In this document: positions 7,246 to 14,225 of the stretch, one piece after another | Layout: each line of letters starts with the position of its first letter | Numbering within the stretch: the first letter of the stretch is position 1 | DNA from: Pseudomonadota bacterium | GTDB lineage: Bacteria; Bdellovibrionota; FAC87; UBA2466 | Direction of reading: 5' to 3' | Assembly: GCA_043718025.1 (NCBI GenBank) | Contig: JAYSWN010000015.1 | Location: 1 to 15,929 of the forward strand | Length of the DNA: 15,929 nucleotides | Notes under the pieces: generated by a model | Databases searched by the model: none | What the model was told of the DNA's origin: nothing | Seen by the model: the letters and a program-made list of their open reading frames with translations, nothing else | Position numbers and translations under genes: made by a program

Positions 7246-7617
7246 ATGGTTCGGTTTGGTATCTTCTCAAAATTTTTGGTGTTTAGCCTTTTTCTGGGCG
7301 CACAAGCACAAGCTGAGACCTGGTCGGCCCGCTGCGGCAATCTGCACGTTAAATTCAACCGCACGACTCATAAGGCAGAAATATTCTTCCAGACCACCGG
7401 AGGGGTTTTTCAAGTGGCCGCCGGTAAAGTTACATTCGACAACGGCTCGGCAATGCGTTCCCCGATGGAAGGCATTCCCGAAGGAGTCACCGGTCCCATT
7501 TCTGAGATCGGCCTTAATAAAAGCCGCGGCATCGTTTACGTGCTCTACCGCAACCCGAATACAGGCCAGGTAAAGGATGGCGTTCTCTGTGAGACGCCAA
7601 TAACCACGGAGCCTTAA
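7246..7617 (+). CDS. Small secreted hypothetical protein
   Basis: GAGGT SD at 7237-7241 favours ATG 7246 over GTG 7240. Sec signal peptide ending AQAQA; beta-rich mature part with two Cys near its ends (ARCG, VLCE). Confidence 0.75.
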   Translation: MVRFGIFSKFLVFSLFLGAQAQAETWSARCGNLHVKFNRTTHKAEIFFQTTGGVFQVAAGKVTFDNGSAMRSPMEGIPEGVTGPISEIGLNKSRGIVYVLYRNPNTGQVKDGVLCETPITTEP

Positions 7618-8943
7618 TTGTTCAACATCCGGCCGACCAGAACCGTTTTGGTTCTCCTTGGGCTGCTGGTAGTTCTCTCCCCGCTCGAAGCAAAAAAAAA
7701 TAAGTTAAGCCCAACCAAGAAAGCCGCGGCTACCAGGCCGGACGAGACACCACCCGGCCCTGAAGCCCAGGCCGAAGTGCCCTCTGATCTGCCCTCAACC
7801 GCCGACTTACCGGCCATCCCGGAAACCCGCGAACCCGCCCGCGTTGGACCAGGCCTCACCGATGAGGCGGTGCCAACGAACGCTGACTTGATTCCTGGCC
7901 CACCGCCCGAAGAGGCCCCCGCCGGCCAGCCGGTTAAACTTTTAGACGCCGACGCTGAATCGGCGCTCGATACGCCCGCCGACCGAAATGCCTCGTCAGA
8001 ATCTGCTCCCGAAACCAACCCTCCCCCGGCCACCGGTGAGGCGAAAGCGGCGGCCGCGGTCGCAACTGCCCCAAGTGGCCTGACCGAAGAAGAGGTTCGT
8101 GCCGAAGAACGTTTGAAAGAGATGCAGGTCGAACAAGAACGAGCGAAAGAGACTGAAAAAGAGAATGAAAGGCTGAATCAAGCAGAGGAAGAGGCCCAAG
8201 CCAGCAATCCTGAAGAGGACGCGGCTCGCGCCGCAGCCCTTGCCGCCGTGAAAGAGGAAGAGAAAGCGGAAGCCACCGCCCGCTCAAAAAAACAGACACT
8301 TCGAAAAACTGCGCAGGCAGATGAAGGCGACGGCTCAACCCTTTCGCATTCGGCCCATAAATATGATTGGCAATCGCCACGCCATTTCGGACTTGATCTA
8401 CAATTTGCACCGGTTCGCTACCCTAACCTAGCGCTAGATAGCGTCGGCACCATCGGCGGCAACTTGGGCAATGGCGCTCGCCTCAATTTTGAATGGATGT
8501 TCTTTCAACTGGCCGGTAAAGCGGCGTTGGGAATAGGCCTCCATTTTTCAGCGATTCCCGCCGCCGTCAATGCGGGGGGAGAAACCATCGTCATTAATGC
8601 GCTGGGCGGTGAAGTGGGCCTCACTTACCGGGCTGATTTCATCGATCATCAGATTTTAGTGCCCTTTGCCCGCTTTGGAATCGACGTCGATTACGTTGTG
8701 CAAAGTCGCGAAAACGGCTCTACCGCCAGCCAAGGCACTTACCAGGGCACCCTTTACGGTGGCGGCCTTGAACTCTGCTTGTTTTTCCTGGAGAGGCGCA
8801 ACGCCCGGCTTCTCGATCGTAAATTCGGCATTAACGAAACCTTTATCGTTTTTGAATACCTAAAAACGGCCAACGCAAAAACGGGAAATGCTCCCGACCT
8901 CTCGCACGATGAATTTCGCATCGGATTGCGATTTGAGATTTAA
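7618..8943 (+). CDS. Outer-membrane beta-barrel protein (MXAN_2562-family-like) with N-terminal Pro/Ala/Glu-rich and coiled-coil extension
   Basis: TTG start right after the previous stop with GGAG SD; signal peptide ending LEA; low-complexity region; C-terminal ~190 aa of amphipathic strands ('SPRHFGLDLQFAP', 'YRADF...LVPFARFG', 'ARLLDRKFGINETFIVFEY') ending IGLRFEI (beta-signal-like). The family name is from recalled motifs and is not verified. Confidence 0.7.
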   Translation: MFNIRPTRTVLVLLGLLVVLSPLEAKKNKLSPTKKAAATRPDETPPGPEAQAEVPSDLPSTADLPAIPETREPARVGPGLTDEAVPTNADLIPGPPPEEAPAGQPVKLLDADAESALDTPADRNASSESAPETNPPPATGEAKAAAAVATAPSGLTEEEVRAEERLKEMQVEQERAKETEKENERLNQAEEEAQASNPEEDAARAAALAAVKEEEKAEATARSKKQTLRKTAQADEGDGSTLSHSAHKYDWQSPRHFGLDLQFAPVRYPNLALDSVGTIGGNLGNGARLNFEWMFFQLAGKAALGIGLHFSAIPAAVNAGGETIVINALGGEVGLTYRADFIDHQILVPFARFGIDVDYVVQSRENGSTASQGTYQGTLYGGGLELCLFFLERRNARLLDRKFGINETFIVFEYLKTANAKTGNAPDLSHDEFRIGLRFEI

Positions 8944-8961
8944 CCACCAACGCGGTAACTT
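8933..8961 (+). promoter_or_regulatory. Putative sigma70 promoter for murF, positioned for a leaderless mRNA
   Basis: TTGAGA (8933-8938), 17 nt, TAACTT (8956-8961), 6 nt, in-frame GTG (8968). No SD upstream of TTG 8962 or GTG 8968. Confidence 0.55.
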
Positions 8962-10371
8962 TTGTCGGTGCCCACACCTAAAACCAATTCAACGTTCTCT
9001 TCGTCGTGGATCGCCAAAACCTTAGGCGTAGCCCCACCGGCAAAAGAAATTTTATACACGGCCTTTTCGAGCGACACCCGAAAAGCGGCGGCCACCGAAT
9101 TCTTCGTCGCCATCAAAGGCGATAACTTCGACGGCCACGATTTTTTAGACGAAGCGACCAAGCGCGGCGTTAAAGGGGTGCTGTGCCAAAAAGGGCGAAG
9201 ACCGGCCACCGCCGCCGGTGTGTTCGTAGTCGAAGTTGACGACGTAGTAAGTTCGTTTCGCCAACTGGCGGCCCGCTGGCGCGCCGAGTTGGGCATTCCG
9301 GTGGTCGCCATCGCCGGCGCGGTCGGCAAAACCACCACCAAAGAATTGCTAGCCAGTGCCCTTTCCGGCAAATGGCCCGAGATCTTAAAAACCGAAGGCA
9401 GCTTTAACGGATTTTTAGGAATTGCGCTTACGCTGCTGTGTCTTCGCCGCCATCACCAAATGGCGGTGATCGAAATCGGCATCGATGACGTAGGCGCAAT
9501 GCAACAACATCTAGAAGTGGTACGTCCCGACGTGGTGATCGTTACGGCGATTGCCGAAGAGCATTTAGAAAAATTGATTGATCTCAAAACCGTGGCCCGC
9601 GAAGAGCTTTGCGCAATGGATTGGACGGAAGCTGAGGGCGGTCACGCCATTTTTAACCTCGATGACCCGTGGATCGAAAAAGCTTACCTAAAAAAGGCGT
9701 GGAAGAACGCTCGTACGGTTTCGCTGCACGGCAAAAAAGGCACGGCCGAGTGGACGGTGGCTGAGATTAAAGAGGGGGCATTGCATCTCTCATCGAAAAG
9801 CGGAAACTCTTTCTCACTGCCGCTCCCCCTCCCCGGCCTGCACAATGCACAAAATTTGTTATTGGCCGCGGGCGTGAGTCTGAGTTTGGGGCTGACCCCC
9901 GAACAGATGGCGCGAGGGCTCGCCTCTTTCCAGCCGCCAAAGGGACGCAGCGAAGTGCATCACCTCCCCAACGGCGTTTTGGTACTCGCCGATTATTACA
10001 ACGCCAGCCCGGCTTCGGTGCGGGCGAGTCTAAAACTTTTTGGTGAGCTGACGCATTCTCGCGCTGGCAATCGGCACTTTTTTTTGGGCGACATGCTGGA
10101 ACTGGGTGAGCACGAGCTGGCTCTGCACGCTGGGCTTGGCAGCGATGTGACTGAGGCTCATCCCAGCCAAGTGGTTTTATTTGGCCCGCGCATGAAATCG
10201 CTTGCCCAGAAACTGGCGGGCCAAAGCTACAGGGTGACCCATTTCGAAAACATGGGCGAGTTATTAGCGGCGCAGCTTCCCCAGATCAAAAAAGGGGATT
10301 CCGTTTTGATCAAAGGATCACGCGGCATGAAGATGGAGCGCGTTTGGGAAGCGCTAAAAACCAAATCCTAA
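8962..10371 (+). CDS. murF: UDP-N-acetylmuramoyl-tripeptide--D-alanyl-D-alanine ligase
   Basis: 'SSDTR...FVAIKGDNFDGHDF', P-loop AGAVGKTTTKE, GSFNGFLG, DYYNASPASV, LGDMLELG and LIKGSRGMKME. The true start may be GTG 8968. Confidence 0.95.
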   Translation: MSVPTPKTNSTFSSSWIAKTLGVAPPAKEILYTAFSSDTRKAAATEFFVAIKGDNFDGHDFLDEATKRGVKGVLCQKGRRPATAAGVFVVEVDDVVSSFRQLAARWRAELGIPVVAIAGAVGKTTTKELLASALSGKWPEILKTEGSFNGFLGIALTLLCLRRHHQMAVIEIGIDDVGAMQQHLEVVRPDVVIVTAIAEEHLEKLIDLKTVAREELCAMDWTEAEGGHAIFNLDDPWIEKAYLKKAWKNARTVSLHGKKGTAEWTVAEIKEGALHLSSKSGNSFSLPLPLPGLHNAQNLLLAAGVSLSLGLTPEQMARGLASFQPPKGRSEVHHLPNGVLVLADYYNASPASVRASLKLFGELTHSRAGNRHFFLGDMLELGEHELALHAGLGSDVTEAHPSQVVLFGPRMKSLAQKLAGQSYRVTHFENMGELLAAQLPQIKKGDSVLIKGSRGMKMERVWEALKTKS

Positions 10372-10475
10372 CCAGCCTGCCTTGACGCGGCGCAACTGCG
10401 CTACACGCCAAGCCCCCCCTTCCCCTCGGCGGTATACTATCCTCTGTTCACTATTGTCTGTTCCGTGGAGGAACT

Positions 10476-10802
10476 ATGAAATCGCGAGAATGGCTTTTTA
10501 GCTTTTTCTCCTCGTTGGTTACCGTACCGGTTGTGCCGCAGGGCGGCGAGCTTGCCCCCGAAGTGGTCCGTTCGAATCATCTTAAAGAGCTTCCCACGCT
10601 CGCGCGGGTAAAAGAGCGCGACTGCGAAATTGTTATCAAATCAGATGGTGAAAACCTCTATTACACCGTACTAAACGATGATTGTGGCATCACCCTAGAG
10701 AATGTAAGTCTCGAAGAGATCCACGCTACCAATCCCGAACTATATGAGAGGTTGAAGGTTACGGTGGCGGAACCTAGAATTGACGCTGGCACTTACAACT
10801 AA
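10476..10802 (+). CDS. Hypothetical protein (108 aa)
   Basis: GGAGG SD at 10467-10471, TATACT -10-like box at 10433-10438, ORF fills the gap between murF and doxX; no recognised family. Confidence 0.7.
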   Translation: MKSREWLFSFFSSLVTVPVVPQGGELAPEVVRSNHLKELPTLARVKERDCEIVIKSDGENLYYTVLNDDCGITLENVSLEEIHATNPELYERLKVTVAEPRIDAGTYN

Positions 10803-10830
10803 TTCTGGGCAACTCATCTAGGGAATCAAC

Positions 10831-11211
10831 ATGAAAACAGATCTCGGGCTCTTACTCCTTCGCGTCACTTTTGCCGGAATGCTTCTTTGCCGGCACGGCT
10901 GGGGCAAGTTGATCCATTTCTCGAACACCTACACAGGTTTTCCTGACCCGCTCCATGTCGGCTCTAAAATCAGCTTAGGTCTGGCGGTCTTCGCCGAAGT
11001 TTTCTGCGCCGCTCTAGTGGTAGTGGGCATTGCCACTCGCTACGCCTGCGCCCCGCTGATCGTCACCTTTCTCATCATCGTATTTTTGGTCTTGGGCAGT
11101 ACCCCTTTCGGCCAACGCGAGATGGCGGTTCTCTACCTTACGGTTTTTACCGTGATCGCCCTCGTGGGGCCGGGTAACTTTTCTCTCGAACACCTGATGA
11201 AAAAAAGATAA
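10831..11211 (+). CDS. DoxX-family membrane protein
   Basis: 'DLGLLLLRV..G.L...HGWGKL', 'FPDPLHVG', 'AVFAEVFC..LVVVGIATR' and 'GPGNFSLE' are typical DoxX motifs; four hydrophobic segments. Confidence 0.92.
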   Translation: MKTDLGLLLLRVTFAGMLLCRHGWGKLIHFSNTYTGFPDPLHVGSKISLGLAVFAEVFCAALVVVGIATRYACAPLIVTFLIIVFLVLGSTPFGQREMAVLYLTVFTVIALVGPGNFSLEHLMKKR

Positions 11212-12246
11212 CTACTTTCTCGTTGGTATCTTCAGCGCCGCCGCTTTCATCGATTGAAGAATAAAGGCGAGAACCGTTTGCCCTGGTTCACGCTGGAGGG
11301 TGGCGGTCTGCATTTTTTCCGCCGCGGTGTCGTACAGATTATGTGACCCCATGGCCAGTCCGCCAAAAAAATTAATGAGAAACGCTCCCAAGGCCGAGCG
11401 ATCGCCTTCTTGCTGGGCGGTGAAGGCGAGATTTTCGTAAGTGGCCACGGCTTTTGAGTTTGCCACGGTTCCATCGATAGAAACAAGGGCATGCCCCTCA
11501 AGCAATTTGCCCTCGAGCTTCACTCCATCGGCCGGATCAAAATAATGGTTCAAGTCCGAAAGATTTTGCCCCTTTAAAAAAAGTTCAACGTCCACATCGG
11601 GCTCGGCGCTAAAAAAATCGGCGCTGGCATTCAGTTCGAACCGTCCCGATTTTTCAAGGCGTCCCAGCGCGTGGCCGTAAAATTTTTTCTTTCTCAGCTC
11701 GGCAATCGTTCCGAAGCGTTGAATCTGCAGTTCGATCTCATGAACTCTCACGGCCCCTTGTTTGCTGCCCACCTCGTGGACGTAGGTGAAATCGCCCCCG
11801 TGCATCAAAATGCCATCCACTTCAAGGCTGACCACCAACGCACTATCGGCCTTCCCCCCTTGCGTTTCCCGATGATTTGCCAAATCTCGTTCGACAACAT
11901 TCACTACCGGATCGCGAACTACGATCGGCCCGAGGTGTAGCTTCTTCTCGAAAAGCCCCAGAAAGTACATTTGCATCGTAAGCTCAGAAATGTTGGCCGA
12001 TAGGGTCGTGTTCCCCCCCACGTTCGCCGAAAAGCGCACGCCTTTGAGGCTAAAGCCGGGGCGAAAAATCTGTACCACTACTGAATCGACCAAGAGCGAA
12101 CAGTGGCCACAAGGCTTGGTGACGAGCCGATTCAAGGCAAAACGCACTAACTGCGGCGCCAACACGTACTGAAACAACAACACGGCCAACACTATTGCCG
12201 CCAAAACCCCGTACAGCGGGCGACTTTTCAGAAACCGATTCTGCAT
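11212..12246 (-). CDS. DUF748/AsmA-like inner-membrane-anchored periplasmic protein
   Basis: N-terminal TM anchor followed by an AsmA-type beta-strand pattern ('LFEKKLHLGPIVVRDPVVNV', 'GGDFTYV', 'LKGQNLSDLNHYF...LEGKLLEG'); GAGGAG SD upstream. Confidence 0.65.
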   Translation of the reverse strand: MQNRFLKSRPLYGVLAAIVLAVLLFQYVLAPQLVRFALNRLVTKPCGHCSLLVDSVVVQIFRPGFSLKGVRFSANVGGNTTLSANISELTMQMYFLGLFEKKLHLGPIVVRDPVVNVVERDLANHRETQGGKADSALVVSLEVDGILMHGGDFTYVHEVGSKQGAVRVHEIELQIQRFGTIAELRKKKFYGHALGRLEKSGRFELNASADFFSAEPDVDVELFLKGQNLSDLNHYFDPADGVKLEGKLLEGHALVSIDGTVANSKAVATYENLAFTAQQEGDRSALGAFLINFFGGLAMGSHNLYDTAAEKMQTATLQREPGQTVLAFILQSMKAAALKIPTRK

Positions 12247-12458
12247 GAACTAAATAGCTCCTCTCGCTCGGCCCGCAAGCCAAAATTTGTCACTCTTTGC
12301 CTTCGGGTTCGCCGCTTGGTCAAGACCGCATCGATTCTAAGCTGAAGCGTGGCAAAATTCGCGGATAAACCAAAAAGAATCAGCTAAGTAACCGCTGCAA
12401 AATTGTGCCGTTTTATGCCCGCCACAGAATTGACCCTTTGTGGTAAAAGCGCATCCAA

Positions 12459-14225
12459 ATGGCAATCTGGCCGCGACTTTTAATACTTCGGGCAACACTT
12501 CGGACTCCGATATACGCCGGGTGCACCCTTGCGACTATGCTTTTCCTTCTGGCGGCCTTACCTGCGCAAGCCAACGAAGAGGCGGTGTGCAATCGATTCG
12601 TGATCGCAAACTCTCCGGGCTTGGGCTTGACGAGCAGTGAATTGGCGCTGATGTGCTCCAACCCTGGCGTCGAAGCCTGGAGTAACGTCACCTCAACCCA
12701 AGCGCTTTTCTATCTTCGCACTTTTTTGGAACTACGCGGCTACCACGAAATGAAGTCTGAGCGAGTGGGCGACAAGATCCGGATCACGCTCGGCCCCCTG
12801 TCTAGAGTGAAGTATTTTTCTTTGGAGGGCGCCCCCCCTCATTTCGGGGAGCGAAAATTAAGAAAGATCAAAGGCGAAGTGCTCTCGCCAAACTTGCTCA
12901 ATCAAATTGAAGAGCGCCTCTTTCAAAGGCTGCAATCACAGGGCTACGCTTGCCCCGAACAAAAAATTCAAGCCGATCCCAAGTCAGGTGAAGTGCGAGT
13001 AAGAATGACAACCGGTAAACGGGGGCAGGTTGCCGCGGTGACTTCCGAAAAGGTAGACCACTTCGATGCGCAAGCCCTGCGCCGTTACGACGCGTTTGTT
13101 ATCGGCGCCCCGTTCCACGGCGATTGGCTGCGCGTTACCGAGAACCGCATTGTAAGCGACGGCGTCGTTCAAAACAGCCACTTTTCGATCGTTTGCAAAG
13201 ACGACGCCGTATTGCTTCACCAAAAGACCGTAACCGGTCCGCCTCGGTCATTCGCCTTTGGCGTGGGGGTTAATACCGAACGCGGCCCATCGATTCGTGG
13301 CTCATGGAAACACGTGCGGCTCGGAGAAATGGGATCGAGCATTGAGTTTGCAGCCGCGGCGTCGTTTCGGCTTCAGGAAATCACCGCCAAGCCAAAATGG
13401 TATTTTCTACCTTACCCCTCAAGGCTTTATTTCTACCCGCAACTGGTGATGAAACGTGAGGATGAAAAGTTTTTTGAACGCTACTCAGGAATCTTACAAC
13501 TGACCCCCGGCACTTCGTGGGATAGCCAAAACCTGGGAATCACCTTGATCGCCGGCCCGGCGCTAAATTTTATGCGCGCCGCCCGCGGCCCCGGCCCCAA
13601 AGAGACCGAATTCATGTCGCTAAACGGGGCCATCAAAATCGAAAACCACATTCACGAGTTTTATCAAGCGAGCCCGCGATCTGGTTTTAAGTTAGATCTG
13701 ATGGCCGCCGTGACGGCGCAAGGGTTGGCCTCTAACGTTAGCGCCCAAATGGTGCGGATGAACTTCGAATCACTTTACAACCTATTCGACTACGACCCGG
13801 CAGTTGTAGTCTTGGGCGTGCGCGGCAGCCTGGCCACGACGTTTGTCGACCCCGCGGCCTCGCCGCGGTTGCCGCAGAGCTATCGCCATTTCTTAGGCGG
13901 CTCTGCCGACTTGCGCGGCTTTCCCCGCAATCAGTTGCCCGGAGAAGAAGGAGGGCTAACCTCGGCGTTTGTGAGCGCAGAAATCCGCCTTCCCGATCTA
14001 CTGCCTTGGGGTTTGCAGCCCCTGGCATTGGCTGACTTTGGAGCCATGGGGGCCAAGTCCGCTACCCTAGATGCGGCACTGTATTATTCGCCAGGCCTTG
14101 GCGTTCGGTGGGAGTCACCCATCGGCGTGATCCGTTCGACCTTGGCCCGCGGCTGGATTACCGGCGCCCCCGCCGATGCGCGCGCGGGGATACAACTCTA
14201 CGTCAGCTACGGGGAGGAGTTTTGA
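12459..14225 (+). CDS. tamA: Omp85-family outer-membrane protein (TamA/BamA-like)
   Basis: Signal peptide ending AQA, POTRA-like segments ('LELRGYHE', 'LQSQGYACP'), loop-6 motif FLGGSADLRGF, 'PGLGVRWESPIGVIR' and terminal LYVSYGEEF. Size (588 aa) and the downstream TamB partner favour TamA. The start may be ATG 12537. Confidence 0.85.
   Translation: MAIWPRLLILRATLRTPIYAGCTLATMLFLLAALPAQANEEAVCNRFVIANSPGLGLTSSELALMCSNPGVEAWSNVTSTQALFYLRTFLELRGYHEMKSERVGDKIRITLGPLSRVKYFSLEGAPPHFGERKLRKIKGEVLSPNLLNQIEERLFQRLQSQGYACPEQKIQADPKSGEVRVRMTTGKRGQVAAVTSEKVDHFDAQALRRYDAFVIGAPFHGDWLRVTENRIVSDGVVQNSHFSIVCKDDAVLLHQKTVTGPPRSFAFGVGVNTERGPSIRGSWKHVRLGEMGSSIEFAAAASFRLQEITAKPKWYFLPYPSRLYFYPQLVMKREDEKFFERYSGILQLTPGTSWDSQNLGITLIAGPALNFMRAARGPGPKETEFMSLNGAIKIENHIHEFYQASPRSGFKLDLMAAVTAQGLASNVSAQMVRMNFESLYNLFDYDPAVVVLGVRGSLATTFVDPAASPRLPQSYRHFLGGSADLRGFPRNQLPGEEGGLTSAFVSAEIRLPDLLPWGLQPLALADFGAMGAKSATLDAALYYSPGLGVRWESPIGVIRSTLARGWITGAPADARAGIQLYVSYGEEF

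Noticed and set aside
10382..10438. TTGACG (10382-10387) paired with TATACT (10433-10438) as one promoter
   Set aside because: The 45-nt spacing is far too long; only the -10 box is retained as weak evidence.
2067..12395. Recurring TAACCGC/GCGGTTA heptamer in several intergenic regions
   Set aside because: It also occurs inside coding sequence (e.g. near 223, 2205 and 15162), so enrichment is not supportable by eye.
12281..12404. CAAAATT occurring three times in the divergent intergenic region (12281, 12353, 12398)
   Set aside because: Short, AT-rich and irregularly spaced; cannot be distinguished from chance.
12396..12409. Sigma54-like GGCACAATTTTGCA on the minus strand upstream of the DUF748-like gene
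   Set aside because: GG-to-GC spacing is 9 nt rather than the required 10.
117..14028. Remaining short alternative-frame or antisense ORFs inside the main genes
   Set aside because: They overlap well-supported CDSs, lack recognisable motifs and are expected in DNA of this GC content.
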